This document shows positions 46,408-58,868 of a stretch of DNA of 64,000 nucleotides, in pieces; the stretch's first letter is position 1; each line of letters starts with the position of its first letter. Origin of the DNA: an uncultured Saprospiraceae bacterium (GTDB lineage: Bacteria; Bacteroidota; Bacteroidia; Chitinophagales; Saprospiraceae); the NCBI GenBank assembly GCA_964627995.1, contig CAZVLN010000004.1, positions 28,682 through 92,681 of the forward strand. The letters are read 5' to 3'. The position numbers and the translations under genes are program-made. A model generated the notes under the pieces. That model did not search any database, was not told where the DNA came from, and was given only the letters and a program-made list of their open reading frames with translations.

Positions 46408-47379
46408 ATGAGCGAAGAAGTATTAAATATAAATGGGATTGAAGTTGCACCCGGAGAAAAAAAGCAAATTCGAATTCATGTAGGTAGGTTGCCCTCTGGC
46501 ACTCAAATTAATATTCATGCTCAAGTATTTCGAGCAATGAAGGAAGGTCCCTGTATGCTTATTTTAGCAGGGGTTCATGGCGATGAGATTAATGGTGTGG
46601 AAATCGTCCGTCGTGCCTTAGACCAGGGCTACTTTAGTCATTTAAAGGCAGGAACCGCCATTGTCATTCCACTATTAAATGTTTACGGATTTTTACATTT
46701 TTCTAGAGAAGTTCCGGACGGTAAAGATGTAAATCGTTCATTTCCTGGAAATTTTAAAGGCTCGCTTGCTTCCAGAGTTGCTCGAACAATGACAAAAAGG
46801 ATATTGCCAGTTATCGATTTTGGTATTGATTTCCATACCGGGGGTGCCAATCGGTTCAATTTTCCTCAGATTCGATATACGCGGGGAAGCAGTCAGGCTC
46901 TTGAATTAGCCAAAGCATTTGCACCCCCCATTATTTTTGAAAAGCCTGCCTTTTCAAAAACTTTTCGAAAGGAAGCACATAAAATGGGTAAACCTATCTT
47001 AGTATATGAAGGGGGAGAGGCCCTGCGATTGGATGGACTAAGTATACATACAGCTTTATCTGGACTTGAGCGTTTGATGGTCAGTCAGGGCTTGATAAAC
47101 CAAGCGTCTGATGTGCATAGAAAACCATTGCATGTAAAGAAATCCGGTTGGGTGCGCGCTGCCGTTGCTGGCGTTTTTGAGTGGGTCAAAAATAGTGGCC
47201 AGCCGGTTACTAAGGGCGAAGTCATGGGATATATTCGTGACCCTCACGGTGGGCGCAGAAAACGTATTACAGCTCCTAAAGACGGCTATGTGCTCGGTCA
47301 TAATAACTCGCCCGTTGTAAATCAAGGAGATGCTTTATTCAATGTAGGTTACACGATTCAAAACTGGGGAGAGTTTTAG
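46408..47379 (+). CDS. Succinylglutamate desuccinylase/aspartoacylase (AstE/AspA, M14-like) family zinc hydrolase
   Basis: HGDEINGV (HxxE zinc ligands), ..DVNRSFPG.. and ..DFHTGG.. motifs. 323 aa. A usual partner of rimK-like genes. Confidence 0.8.
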   Translation: MSEEVLNINGIEVAPGEKKQIRIHVGRLPSGTQINIHAQVFRAMKEGPCMLILAGVHGDEINGVEIVRRALDQGYFSHLKAGTAIVIPLLNVYGFLHFSREVPDGKDVNRSFPGNFKGSLASRVARTMTKRILPVIDFGIDFHTGGANRFNFPQIRYTRGSSQALELAKAFAPPIIFEKPAFSKTFRKEAHKMGKPILVYEGGEALRLDGLSIHTALSGLERLMVSQGLINQASDVHRKPLHVKKSGWVRAAVAGVFEWVKNSGQPVTKGEVMGYIRDPHGGRRKRITAPKDGYVLGHNNSPVVNQGDALFNVGYTIQNWGEF

Positions 47380-47412
47380 AACTACTGCTTCTTTTAGGTA
47401 AAGGGATAGGGA

Positions 47413-48717
<1,305 letters not shown>

Positions 48718-48916
48718 TTACACCAGTTTCAAGTAAAAAACGACATAGAAATCGATACTGAATGCATTATTATAAATGACGTAGAGGTCATAGTAGATGA
48801 TGCCAATTTTACACCCTACATATTCCCGAACTAAAGACCTCTATGAATGAAAAAAATTATACCTTCTAACAATGGTAGGCGTGCACGATATCAATAAGAT
48901 TGGTTCTCTGAGTTAA

Positions 48917-49402
48917 CTACTCACTTTTCAATTTCTTCTTATGTTCACACTCGTAGGTACATTCTCCATATAGATTAAGGCTGTGGTGTGTGATATTAAA
49001 CTGAAGCAGTTCGCCCATCATATCCTTAATTTGTTGAACTCGAGGGTCGCAAAACTCCAAAACTTTTCGGCATTCTAAGCAAATCAGGTGATCGTGCTGT
49101 TTAAATCCATGTGACTTTTCATATTGAGCCAGCTTTTTTCCAAACTGGTGTTTTTTAATCAAATCACAGTTTACTAATAATTCCAGCGTGTTATAAACGG
49201 TGGCTCTGCTTACCCGATAGTTTTGGTTTTTCATATGGATATAAAGTGCCTCTGCATCGAAATGATCCGTTCGGCTGTATATCTCATCTAATATAGCATA
49301 CCGTTCGGGGGTTTTACGATATCCATTTTCCTCGAGGTGTTTGGTAAAAATGTCTTTTACCTGTTCTTTTAATTTTTCTTGATTATCTATTGTAATTGGC
49401 AT
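48917..49402 (-). CDS. fur: Fur-family transcriptional repressor
   Basis: wHTH N-domain. [12 protein letters not shown] (HxHxxCxxC) and a C-terminal GECTYEC pair. Confidence 0.85.
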   Translation of the reverse strand: MPITIDNQEKLKEQVKDIFTKHLEENGYRKTPERYAILDEIYSRTDHFDAEALYIHMKNQNYRVSRATVYNTLELLVNCDLIKKHQFGKKLAQYEKSHGFKQHDHLICLECRKVLEFCDPRVQQIKDMMGELLQFNITHHSLNLYGECTYECEHKKKLKSE

Positions 49403-49412
49403 TCTGTATTCT

Positions 49413-51641
49413 TTATTCTACCCGGGTAACATTTGAAACCATATTGAGTTTCTTTATTGATCGAATAGTCTTTTCTAATTCATTTTTATTTTCTATAATA
49501 AGCGAAACATTTCCCTCAAAATAGCCTTCATTTCCTTCAATAGTGAAGGAGCGTATATTTAACCCTAAGTTAGTCGATATTTTATTGGTCAATCGCTCTA
49601 TTATTCCGGGACCATCGTCTACTCCAGTAATGGCCAATTTCACTAAGAACGAAGTACTATTATTGCTTTCCCACTCGGCTTTTAGTATGCGATAACCATA
49701 ATTGGCCATGAGGTGTGTCGCATTAGGACAACTGGATCGGTGAATTTTAACTCCGGCATTCGTGCTTAAGAATGCAAAAATATTATCACCGTACACCGGA
49801 TTGCAGCAGTTAGCTAACTGGAATTCATACTGGTCAGCAGGTTCTCCACCAATCATTAATTTGGGCTTATTGTCCGACTTGGATTTGCGTGGCCTTTTTA
49901 TTTCAGTGGTTGGGTCCTCTAGAGGGGGTGTATAGGACTCTTGTTTTTCTTCCTTTAAAACAAGTAAATGCCCCTTCACGTCAAAGTTTTCTTTGATCTG
50001 GGACAAATCTATTTCACCCTTTGCAATTTCATAGTAGAGATCTGTTCGTTTATTGAGCTTGTAAAAATCTGTTAGTAGATCAACATTTGATTCAAAATCT
50101 ACTTTCAAATTTTTAAATTTTCTCAATAAAGCTTCTTTTCCATACTCACCAAATCTTTTTCTCTCCTCTCGCAGGGCTGCTCTAATTTTTGAACGGGCTT
50201 TTCCCGTTACAACCATTTTAAGCCAGTTTTCTGTCGGTTTTTGTGTGGAATTCGTTTTAATAGATACCTGATCTCCGTTTTGAAGTTCATAACCTAGTGG
50301 CACTAATTTATTATTGACTTTTGCTGCTGTGCAGGCTGCACCTACCTCAGAGTGAATCGAGAATGCAAAATCAAGGGCTGTAGCTCCTTTGGGTAAAATG
50401 ATAAGGTCCCCTTTAGGAGAGTAAACGTAAACCTCATCTTGAAATAAATTAGTTTTAAAGTCATTTATAAATTCGAGCGCATCTCCCTCATTATTATCGA
50501 GCAGGTCTCGAACATTATTCAACCAATTATCGTAGACAGATTGACTGTCTTGAATTCCTTTATACTTCCAGTGGGCAGCAAATCCTCTTTCAGCAATATC
50601 ATCCATACGTTCCGATCGAATTTGGACTTCGACATATCTTCCTTGTGGACCGATAACGGTGGTGTGCAAACTCTCATAGCCATTGGATTTAGGTGTTGTA
50701 ATCCAATCTTTTAATCGCTCAGGAATAGGTGTATGAACGTCTGTCACAATGCTGTAAACTTGCCAGCAAACGCTTTTTTCCCTTTCTCGAGGAACATTCA
50801 CAATAATCCGAATGGCAAACAGGTCATAAATTTCCTCAAAAGTTACACTCTTAGACTTAATTTTATTGTAAATCGAGCTTATAGATTTAGGCCGTCCGGT
50901 TATTTTATATTCAACCTCTAACTCATTGAGCTTTTTACTCAGCGGCTTAATAAATTCGGCAATGTATCGGTCCCTTTCGGCCTTCGATTGGCGTAATTTA
51001 TCCGCAATTTCAAAATAAACCTCTGACTCCAGAATTCGTAGGCAGATATCTTGAAACTCAGTCTTAATATTGTATAAACCTAGGCGGTGAGCTAAAGGAG
51101 CGTAGATATACTGAGTTTCAGCTGCAATTTTTAGTTGCTTATGCCTTGGCATCGCACCTAAGGTTCTCATATTGTGAAGCCGATCAGCCATTTTTATTAA
51201 AACAACTCTTACGTCACTGACCAGGGTGGATAGGACTTTCTTGAAATTTTCAGCTTGAGGGCTGCTTTCATTATAAGTTCCATCCAGTTTAGTTAGACCG
51301 TCTACAATATGGCCTATCTTTTCGCCAAACTGATTTTTAATTTCTGCAAGAGATACTGAGGTGTCCTCCACTACATCATGCAGTAAAGCACAAATGACAG
51401 CAGTTGGCCCCAAGCCGATTTCTGCAGCGCAAATGCGTCCCACTTCAATGGGATGAAGAATGTAGGGTTCACCTGACTTCCTGCGCTGGAAGCGATGGGC
51501 TTTCACTGCAATTTCATAAGCCTTGTTAAGATTGATATCATCTTCAGGTGTAATATTCGATTTAATAGACTTTAACAGTCTATTGAACTGTTCTTCTATT
51601 ACCGATTGTTCGTCTGTTTTTATTTCTTTTATTTCAGGCAT
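49413..51641 (-). CDS. relA: Bifunctional (p)ppGpp synthetase/hydrolase (RelA/SpoT homologue)
   Basis: HD hydrolase domain (..[14 protein letters not shown]..), RelA_SpoT synthetase domain, TGS, and C-terminal ACT. Start placed at MPEIKEIK (742 aa). The ORF extends to 51788. Confidence 0.9.
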   Translation of the reverse strand: MPEIKEIKTDEQSVIEEQFNRLLKSIKSNITPEDDINLNKAYEIAVKAHRFQRRKSGEPYILHPIEVGRICAAEIGLGPTAVICALLHDVVEDTSVSLAEIKNQFGEKIGHIVDGLTKLDGTYNESSPQAENFKKVLSTLVSDVRVVLIKMADRLHNMRTLGAMPRHKQLKIAAETQYIYAPLAHRLGLYNIKTEFQDICLRILESEVYFEIADKLRQSKAERDRYIAEFIKPLSKKLNELEVEYKITGRPKSISSIYNKIKSKSVTFEEIYDLFAIRIIVNVPREREKSVCWQVYSIVTDVHTPIPERLKDWITTPKSNGYESLHTTVIGPQGRYVEVQIRSERMDDIAERGFAAHWKYKGIQDSQSVYDNWLNNVRDLLDNNEGDALEFINDFKTNLFQDEVYVYSPKGDLIILPKGATALDFAFSIHSEVGAACTAAKVNNKLVPLGYELQNGDQVSIKTNSTQKPTENWLKMVVTGKARSKIRAALREERKRFGEYGKEALLRKFKNLKVDFESNVDLLTDFYKLNKRTDLYYEIAKGEIDLSQIKENFDVKGHLLVLKEEKQESYTPPLEDPTTEIKRPRKSKSDNKPKLMIGGEPADQYEFQLANCCNPVYGDNIFAFLSTNAGVKIHRSSCPNATHLMANYGYRILKAEWESNNSTSFLVKLAITGVDDGPGIIERLTNKISTNLGLNIRSFTIEGNEGYFEGNVSLIIENKNELEKTIRSIKKLNMVSNVTRVE

Positions 51642-51907
51642 GTTGTTCTTCCGGTTCCCTCCATCTGTAGAACGCGCTTTTGATGAGCTTGGTTCCTTAG
51701 AAGCCTCGTAATGGATTTTATATCTACTAGTTTCGATAATTATCTTTTTAAAGATGACAAAAAAAGCTGCATTTACCAATCTTGCCATAAAATAATATCT
51801 CGCTTTTTATATCTCATTATCCTAACTGCTGAATAATTTTACGACCATCCTGCCTTGAAATAGAATAAAAAAAGTAGATCGCTTATTTATTTTTTGGATA
51901 ATTAACT

Positions 51908-51915
51908 TATATTTG
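51908..51915 (+). promoter_or_regulatory. Bacteroidota-type -7 promoter box TAnnTTTG upstream of tRNA-Leu
   Basis: TATATTTG at 51908-51915, 19 nt upstream of the tRNA 5' end. No well-spaced -33 TTTG element is evident. Confidence 0.4.
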
Positions 51916-51933
51916 CACTCTATTTTCAATAAT

Positions 51934-52015
51934 GCGGGTGTGGTGAAATTGGTAGACACGCTAGACTTAGGATCTAGTGCTTCACGGCTTGGGGGTTCGA
52001 GTCCCTCCACCCGCA
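51934..52015 (+). tRNA. tRNA-Leu (anticodon UAG), class II with long variable arm
   Basis: Acceptor gcgggtg / cacccgc plus discriminator A. Anticodon stem ctaga/tctag with loop cTTAGga. T-arm gggggttcgagtccctc. Variable arm tgcttcacggctt. No encoded CCA. Confidence 0.95.
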
Positions 52016-52108
52016 CTTCTTATTCCCTTCGTCCACTTATACCCCAATTTTCTTCTTAGGTTTTTTTATCTTTGCCCTTCGTTTATCGAATGGCAGAAAA
52101 ACTATTAT

Positions 52109-53521
52109 ATGAAGTCGAATATTTTGGAGGAATCTCCATATTTAGCAAAGCTTGAGGTCACTATTGAATCCGATGATTATTCAGGGGAATTGAAGAATAA
52201 GCTAAAGGAGAAAAGGAAAGATGCGAACATGAAGGGTTTTCGCCCCGGGAAAGCCCCGATGCGACTCATTCAACGTATGTATGGACAATCGCTTTTAGTT
52301 GATATTATCAATCAAAAAGCATCAAATGCTCTTAAAGAGATAACACAGGAAAAAGACTGGAGGCCTTTGGGCGAAATGGATTTAGCTGATGAGCAGACAG
52401 CCCAGGAGTTTGATCCGATTCAATCCAAGGACTATTCTTTTGTTTTTGATGTGGGTTTGCTACCAACTTTAGACCTAAAAGGTTTAGATGGTTCGGTGAC
52501 CGTACCGTATTTCACGATTGAAGTTGACGATGAGCAAGTAGAGGAAAGATGGGATCAATTACTTTCTCAAGTGGCCGAACAAGTTGATTCCGAAGGGCCT
52601 GTGCAGGAGGGCGATGTTTTAACCTTAGAAGCCTCTGAATTAGAAGGAAAAAAGGAAAAAGAAAATGGATGGATATCTAATTTCTCCATTTCTGTAGACC
52701 TAATCGAGGATAAGGCTAAAAAGTTAGTTTTGGATTCTAAGTTGGGTGATACCTTTGATTATGATATTTATAAACTAGAGAAAAATACCGACAAAGATTT
52801 TGTCGAGAAACACCTACTAAAAATAGAAGATGAGTCCAAACCTGAAATAAATGCTGACTTTAGGTTTGAGATTATGACAATTAAAACCAAAAAAGAGCCG
52901 GAGGTTAATCAAGAAACGTTTAATAAAATTTTTGGCGAGGGTGAAATCTCATCCAAAGAAGAGGCATTGGGAAAAATCAGAGAAAGTATGGAGGTCGCAA
53001 ATCAGGGCGGCAGTGATAATCTATTTTATTGGGATGCGAAGTTCAAACTTCTAGAGGAAAACCGACTTCAAGATTTGCCGGAGGATTATGCAAAAAAATA
53101 TCTTTTAGATAAGAAAACGGCTGCTCAATACCAGGGAGAAGAGCTTCCTCAAACAGTGAAGGATGAATTAACGTGGTCTCTAATTACGCAGAATATAGCC
53201 ATACAAAACGACATACAGCCTTCTCAGGAAATGTTAGTCAAAAAGGCTCAGGAACGGATTTCCCAAATGCTTCAAGGTCAGTCTCTGCCCGATTCTGTCA
53301 TGAGTCAGTTGACCAAGACAGTTCTAGAAGATAGGGAGCAAATGAACAATATTGCTCAAGAGGCTACTCAAAATCTGATAACAGAGCATATTAAAGATAA
53401 TGTTACTGTTAATCAAAAATCTGTTTCTGAAGAACAATTTAAAAAGGAAGTTGACCGTATAAATGAAAAGGTTGATGAAATAAATCATTATCTGGGAGCC
53501 GATAAAACAGAGGAAGAGTAA
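52109..53521 (+). CDS. tig: Trigger factor
   Basis: Start at MKSNILEE (the longer ORF would run through the tRNA). MKGFRPGKAP ribosome-binding signature. Sits upstream of clpP-clpX. Confidence 0.9.
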   Translation: MKSNILEESPYLAKLEVTIESDDYSGELKNKLKEKRKDANMKGFRPGKAPMRLIQRMYGQSLLVDIINQKASNALKEITQEKDWRPLGEMDLADEQTAQEFDPIQSKDYSFVFDVGLLPTLDLKGLDGSVTVPYFTIEVDDEQVEERWDQLLSQVAEQVDSEGPVQEGDVLTLEASELEGKKEKENGWISNFSISVDLIEDKAKKLVLDSKLGDTFDYDIYKLEKNTDKDFVEKHLLKIEDESKPEINADFRFEIMTIKTKKEPEVNQETFNKIFGEGEISSKEEALGKIRESMEVANQGGSDNLFYWDAKFKLLEENRLQDLPEDYAKKYLLDKKTAAQYQGEELPQTVKDELTWSLITQNIAIQNDIQPSQEMLVKKAQERISQMLQGQSLPDSVMSQLTKTVLEDREQMNNIAQEATQNLITEHIKDNVTVNQKSVSEEQFKKEVDRINEKVDEINHYLGADKTEEE

Positions 53522-53603
53522 GTTTTTCAATATTTGAACTATTACCCTTCGAAGTATTTTGAACCCAAAGCGGTTTAGGATCGTTTACTACTAAAATAAA
53601 AAT

Positions 53604-54317
53604 ATGTTTGACCCCAAAGAGTTTAAGAAGTTTGCTATACATAGTCAAGGCGTCAATAGCGCCCATATTGATAAATATATGGAGACCTCAGTTCCGAATA
53701 TTAATAATTTCACCCCACAGGTAATCGAGGAAAGACAGATGAATGTAGTGGGTATGGATGTTTTTTCACGTCTAATGATGGATCGCATCATTTTTTTAGG
53801 AGTGGGAATAAATGATTATGTAGCAAATGTAGTGCAAGCTCAATTGTTATTTCTTCAGTCGACCGATCCAAAGCGAGATATTCAAATGTATGTAAATAGC
53901 CCGGGCGGATCTGTTATTGCCGGTCTGGGAATGTACGATACGATGCAATATGTTTCTCCAGATGTAGGTACCATCTGCACGGGTCTTGCAGCATCTATGG
54001 GTGCTGTTTTATTAGCCGCAGGTGCAAAAGGCAAGCGATCTATTCTTCCACATGCAAGAGCTATGATACACCAACCTATGGGTGGAATGCAAGGGCAGGT
54101 AAGTGATATGGAAATCAATTATAACCTAATCAAACAATTACAGAAAAATTTGTATGATATTTTATCTTATCATACCGGCCAAGACTACAAAACGATAGAG
54201 AAAGACAGTGACCGAGATAATTGGATGATAGCCGAGGAGGCGAAGGCCTATGGCTTGGTAGATGAGGTGCTAGATACACCTGTATCTAAAAAACGCAAAG
54301 AGTCGGAAGACAAATAG
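53604..54317 (+). CDS. clpP: ATP-dependent Clp protease proteolytic subunit
   Basis: Catalytic Ser context GLAASMGAVLL, His in MIHQP, Asp in ..DSDRDNWM.. Confidence 0.95.
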   Translation: MFDPKEFKKFAIHSQGVNSAHIDKYMETSVPNINNFTPQVIEERQMNVVGMDVFSRLMMDRIIFLGVGINDYVANVVQAQLLFLQSTDPKRDIQMYVNSPGGSVIAGLGMYDTMQYVSPDVGTICTGLAASMGAVLLAAGAKGKRSILPHARAMIHQPMGGMQGQVSDMEINYNLIKQLQKNLYDILSYHTGQDYKTIEKDSDRDNWMIAEEAKAYGLVDEVLDTPVSKKRKESEDK

Positions 54318-54350
54318 AGATATTTCGAGATTTAAATATAACTAACAAGT

Positions 54351-55589
54351 ATGAAATCGACAGAAGAAGGCGTGAGGTGCTCATTTTGTGGGCGTGATAA
54401 AAGTGAAGCTTTAATCCTTATTGCAGGAATACAAGGTCACATTTGTGAGGTATGTGTCGAGCAAGCACATGAAATCATTCAAGATGAAATAAAAGGTGGT
54501 GAGTTTGGGGATTCAAGCGATGATTTTTCTATGCCTGACCATATTACTCCGGCAAAAATTAAGGAGTATCTCAATCAGTATGTCATTGGACAGCAAGAGG
54601 CTAAAAAGTTTTTGTCTGTTGCTGTTTACAATCACTACAAGCGAATAAATAATGAGTCTTCTGATGTCGAGATCGAAAAATCAAATATATTATTCGCAGG
54701 ACCTACAGGCACGGGTAAAACCCTCTTAGCCAAGACCATTGCCAATTTCTTGAATGTTCCTTTTGCCATCGTCGATGCGACAGTTTTTACAGAGGCCGGA
54801 TATGTAGGTGAGGATGTTGAAAGTATGTTGAGCAGATTGTTACAGGTATGTGATTTCAATGTAGGAGCTGCAGAGCACGGAATAGTATATGTTGACGAAT
54901 TAGATAAAATAGCAAGAAAGAGTGATAATCCCTCAATCACCAGAGATGTTTCCGGGGAGGGCGTTCAGCAAGCGCTATTGAAAATGTTAGAGGGTACAGA
55001 AGTTAATGTGCCGCCTCAAGGGGGTAGAAAGCACCCAGAGCAAAAAATGGTTAAGGTTAATACTAAGGACATTTTATTCATATGCGGAGGTGCTTTTGAT
55101 GGCGTTGAAAAGGTTATTGGTCGACGACTAAATACGTCTGTGATTGGTTTTAGTGGCAACGAGAAAAAAAGTGAGTTGCACGAAAATTTGTTGCATTACA
55201 TAACACATCAAGATTTAAAACATTTTGGACTTATTCCAGAGCTATTAGGTCGATTACCTGTGCTGACTCACCTAAATCCCTTAGATAAAGAAACTTTAAT
55301 TCGAATATTGACTGAGCCTAAGAATGCACTGATTAAGCAGTACCAACGGCTCTTTGAATTGGAAGGCGTTTCGCTTTCTTTCAAACCTGAAGCTCTAGAT
55401 CGAATCGCTGAAAAGTCGCTTGAATTTAAGTTAGGAGCGAGAGGGTTGCGAAGTATTTGTGAAGCTGTTCTCACAGATGCTATGTTTGAACTACCGAGCG
55501 AGGAAGATGTACATGAATTAGTGATTGACAAAAATTATGTTGATACGAAGTTGACTGGGTCGACGATCAATAAATTGCGCGCCGCTTAA
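54351..55589 (+). CDS. clpX: ATP-dependent Clp protease ATP-binding subunit ClpX
   Basis: N-terminal zinc finger CSFCGR...CEVC. Walker A GPTGTGKT, Walker B VYVDELDK. Confidence 0.95.
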   Translation: MKSTEEGVRCSFCGRDKSEALILIAGIQGHICEVCVEQAHEIIQDEIKGGEFGDSSDDFSMPDHITPAKIKEYLNQYVIGQQEAKKFLSVAVYNHYKRINNESSDVEIEKSNILFAGPTGTGKTLLAKTIANFLNVPFAIVDATVFTEAGYVGEDVESMLSRLLQVCDFNVGAAEHGIVYVDELDKIARKSDNPSITRDVSGEGVQQALLKMLEGTEVNVPPQGGRKHPEQKMVKVNTKDILFICGGAFDGVEKVIGRRLNTSVIGFSGNEKKSELHENLLHYITHQDLKHFGLIPELLGRLPVLTHLNPLDKETLIRILTEPKNALIKQYQRLFELEGVSLSFKPEALDRIAEKSLEFKLGARGLRSICEAVLTDAMFELPSEEDVHELVIDKNYVDTKLTGSTINKLRAA

Positions 55590-55594
55590 TTGAA

Positions 55595-56386
55595 ATGAAG
55601 CGGTACTTTATTTGGATACGATATTTGGGAACTAACTATTCGGGCTGGCAAATCCAACCGAATGCACCTACCGTTCAAGAAGCTGTGGAACAGGCATTGA
55701 ACTGGGCACTTCAGAAAAATGATATTCGAGTGGTCGGTTGCGGCCGGACAGATGCCGGCGTGCATGCCAGTTGCTATGCTTTGCACTTGGATTTGGATCA
55801 AACTATTGAACAGGGAGTCCTACGAAGGCTGAATCGAATTCTTTTCCCAGACATTGAGGTTCTTTCCGTTCAAGCTGTTGATGATTCTCTACATGCTCGA
55901 TTTTCAGCTACTAAAAGGACTTACAAATATTTGATTGATTTGGAACACCCGCTGTTTTCACAAGCTTGTGTGTATTCCTATCCTTACCCCACTAAAGATC
56001 TAAATGTAGATCTATTGCATGAGGCCGCAGCTTTGATCATGGAATATGAAACTTTTTTCCCCTTTTGTAAGAGTAAGTCAGACGCTAGTCACTATAAGTG
56101 TTTGATATATAAAAGCAAATGGGAATTACTCCATGATAGGTTCCTGATTTATACTGTTGAGGCAAATCGATTCTTGAGGGGTATGGTTCGCTTAATCGTT
56201 GGAATGTGTCTTCAGGTAGGAGAAGGAAAGATTAGCATCGAACAGCTTAGAACAGCACTAAACTCACAAAAGCGCTTGAGCAAACCCTATTCTGTACCCC
56301 CTACGGGTCTTTTTTTATATGATGTTAAATATGGGGCGCACAATATCAAATATCCAGCCAGTGACGTATTGTTTTTCCCCATTTAG
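55595..56386 (+). CDS. truA: tRNA pseudouridine(38-40) synthase
   Basis: Catalytic-Asp motif GCGRTDAGVHA. Length 263 aa. Confidence 0.9.
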   Translation: MKRYFIWIRYLGTNYSGWQIQPNAPTVQEAVEQALNWALQKNDIRVVGCGRTDAGVHASCYALHLDLDQTIEQGVLRRLNRILFPDIEVLSVQAVDDSLHARFSATKRTYKYLIDLEHPLFSQACVYSYPYPTKDLNVDLLHEAAALIMEYETFFPFCKSKSDASHYKCLIYKSKWELLHDRFLIYTVEANRFLRGMVRLIVGMCLQVGEGKISIEQLRTALNSQKRLSKPYSVPPTGLFLYDVKYGAHNIKYPASDVLFFPI

Positions 56387-57242
56387 GTGCTGTCTCTAAT
56401 TGGTATACGGCTTTCCGTATAGCTCCTAGATTTTCAACTTCGTATTTTTCTCCGAAAATATTAAAATCAAACCGCAAAGGTCTTTCTGCATGCAGTCGAA
56501 TTAAGTCATCCGACATTAAGTTAAATAAGCTACGCTTATATTCAGGCAAGGCTTGATAGTTCAATAATGTAAAGAACCCATTGTAATAGCAGAAAAGTGC
56601 TGCAGCTCCTATTTCTCCATCTGAATTCCTATACACCGTAGGAAATGCTGTTCCTCGGTGCATCAAATTATAGTGGATTCGCATCCACATGTGAGTATCT
56701 GTATTTGGGTCTTGATCGGCAAAAAAATGAACTAATTGTTCAGGTTTGATATTAGAGTGAGGCATCCAATTTTCATCCCGGCTTTTCTCAATTTCATCCC
56801 TTATTTCCGAATGATATGCATTTTGAATAATTTCATAGGGCTTTGATAAATCTAAATGGTACCAGTTAGATTTACTTGTGCTTGCCATTTGACTGATAAT
56901 GGCATTGTTGTATTCATTAAATGATATTTGTCTTCCCAGATAGGTATCGGGAATGGAATCTATGAATTTTTGAATTCTTGGTGGAGAAAGGACATGAACA
57001 GAGAAAATACCTAAGCGACCCAGACCCATTGGATGGTATAATTCTGGATAATTCCAACGAGAGGTTCTTGAAAGCAGAGGCATTACACTTTCGTAGTTCC
57101 CCTCGACCAGTGCGTCAAACTCTCGATTAACGTTTTTTAGAAACCAGTGGTACCCGAATACATTACCGTTGATTGCAAAATGAATACAACTATTCCAGCG
57201 TGTCACATCGATTTCATCAAAGGGAACAAACCGTACTTCCAT
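56346..57242 (-). CDS. Conserved hypothetical protein (possibly FemAB/GNAT-fold)
   Basis: 298 aa uninterrupted ORF with ordinary, non-repetitive amino-acid composition. No catalytic motif recognised. Its 3' end overlaps the truA 3' end by 41 nt. Confidence 0.4.
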   Translation of the reverse strand: MEVRFVPFDEIDVTRWNSCIHFAINGNVFGYHWFLKNVNREFDALVEGNYESVMPLLSRTSRWNYPELYHPMGLGRLGIFSVHVLSPPRIQKFIDSIPDTYLGRQISFNEYNNAIISQMASTSKSNWYHLDLSKPYEIIQNAYHSEIRDEIEKSRDENWMPHSNIKPEQLVHFFADQDPNTDTHMWMRIHYNLMHRGTAFPTVYRNSDGEIGAAALFCYYNGFFTLLNYQALPEYKRSLFNLMSDDLIRLHAERPLRFDFNIFGEKYEVENLGAIRKAVYQLETAPKWGKTIRHWLDI

Positions 57243-57503
57243 AGTATATATTTATGCTAGTCTAACTATATAAGCAAAAAATAGTTGTTTCATACAGGCA
57301 CATCCGATGGAGAATTCAAAGAGAGAAAATATGACCGCCGAATCCAAGTAGAAGGGGATAATTTAGGTTGTAGTGCTGATTTAATAATAGCAGAGTAAGG
57401 TGAGGATATAAATAAGGTATGCTTTCGACTAAATCACATTGAGGTTCTAGTTGAAAGTGTACTAAACCAAAAAAAATGACATTAATAGAGAAAAGTGAAC
57501 AAA

Positions 57504-58769
57504 TTACGATTCAAATAAAGGGTACTGAGACATTTTATCCACCACCTTGCGTTTAACGCGTTCTATTTTTTTGTCATTATCCGGATCGGATAAGATATCA
57601 TTCATATAATTTGCGATTTCGATACAGTCTTCCTCTACCAAGCCGCGGGTCGTAATGGCAGCAGTCCCAATTCTCAGTCCTGATGTAACCATGGGTTTTT
57701 TATCATCAAAGGGGACTAAGTTTTTGTTGACGGTGATCTCAGCTTTTCCAAGGACCTCTTCTGCTTGAGCGCCGGTAATGTTTTTTGAGCGAAGGTCAAT
57801 GAGCATGAGGTGATTGTCAGTGCCGCCGGAAATAATTTTATAGCCCAATTGATTAAATGTCTTTGCCATGCTTTTAGCATTGGCGACGACCTGGTTTTGA
57901 TATTTTGTGAATTTGGGGTCTAGCGCCTCACCGAAGGCAACTGCCTTTGCAGCTATGATGTGTTCCAGAGGCCCGCCTTGCATTCCTGGAAAAACTCCTG
58001 AATTTAAGAGACTGCCCATTGTTCTAAGATTACCTTTTTTCGTTGTAATGCCTAATGGGTTTGGCCCGTTTTTACCTACCATTATTATACCGCCTCTTGG
58101 ACCACGAAGGGTTTTGTGGGTAGTCGAGGTGACGATATGGCAATGGGGTAGAGGATCGTTTAATAGGTTTTTTGCTATAATTCCAGCTGGATGTGCAATG
58201 TCGGCCAAAAGAATCGCTCCAACTTCATCGGCGATGGCTCTAAATTTCTCATAATCCCAGTCTCTTGAATAGGCTGAAGCTCCACAAATAATCATTTTAG
58301 GCCGAACCTCTAGCGCTTGTTTTTCAACCTTATTCATATCTATACGACCGGTATCTTCCTCGACACCGTAGAAATGGGGTTGGTAGGTTTTTCCTGAATA
58401 ATTAACTAAAGAGCCATGGGTGAGGTGTCCGCCATGTGAGAGGTCAAAACCCAAAATTTTATCCCTTGGTTCCAAGAAAGATAAAAATACAGCTGCATTC
58501 GCTTGAGCGCCCGAGTGAGGTTGCACGTTGGCATATTCAGCACCAAATAACTCCTTAAGCCTATCTATTGCTAATTGTTCAGACTGATCAATAAATTGAC
58601 AACCACCGTAATAGCGCTTACCTGGATACCCTTCCGCGTATTTATTCGTGAGACAGCTGCCCATGGCCTTAAGTACATGCTGACTGGCAAAGTTTTCGGA
58701 GGCAATCAATTCTACACCCTCGATCTGTCTTTGCTCCTCTTTTTTTATAATATCAAATATCGGATCCAT
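57504..58769 (-). CDS. glyA: Serine hydroxymethyltransferase
   Basis: PLP-lysine motif [12 protein letters not shown]. Start at [11 protein letters not shown] gives 421 aa. The ORF extends to 58820. Confidence 0.95.
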   Translation of the reverse strand: MDPIFDIIKKEEQRQIEGVELIASENFASQHVLKAMGSCLTNKYAEGYPGKRYYGGCQFIDQSEQLAIDRLKELFGAEYANVQPHSGAQANAAVFLSFLEPRDKILGFDLSHGGHLTHGSLVNYSGKTYQPHFYGVEEDTGRIDMNKVEKQALEVRPKMIICGASAYSRDWDYEKFRAIADEVGAILLADIAHPAGIIAKNLLNDPLPHCHIVTSTTHKTLRGPRGGIIMVGKNGPNPLGITTKKGNLRTMGSLLNSGVFPGMQGGPLEHIIAAKAVAFGEALDPKFTKYQNQVVANAKSMAKTFNQLGYKIISGGTDNHLMLIDLRSKNITGAQAEEVLGKAEITVNKNLVPFDDKKPMVTSGLRIGTAAITTRGLVEEDCIEIANYMNDILSDPDNDKKIERVKRKVVDKMSQYPLFES

Positions 58770-58868
58770 AGCTGTTAATTTGTGGCTAATATAATCATTA
58801 CACCATTGAAATATGCCCATCTTTCATAAAAGGAGCTAAAGATTTTCACCCCTGTGTAAAAGTATTTT

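Noticed and set aside
51822-52108. ORF 51822-52016(-) and the 5' extension of the tig ORF from 51977
   Set aside because: Both run through the tRNA-Leu gene. The trigger factor N-terminus is conserved from MKSNILEE at 52109.
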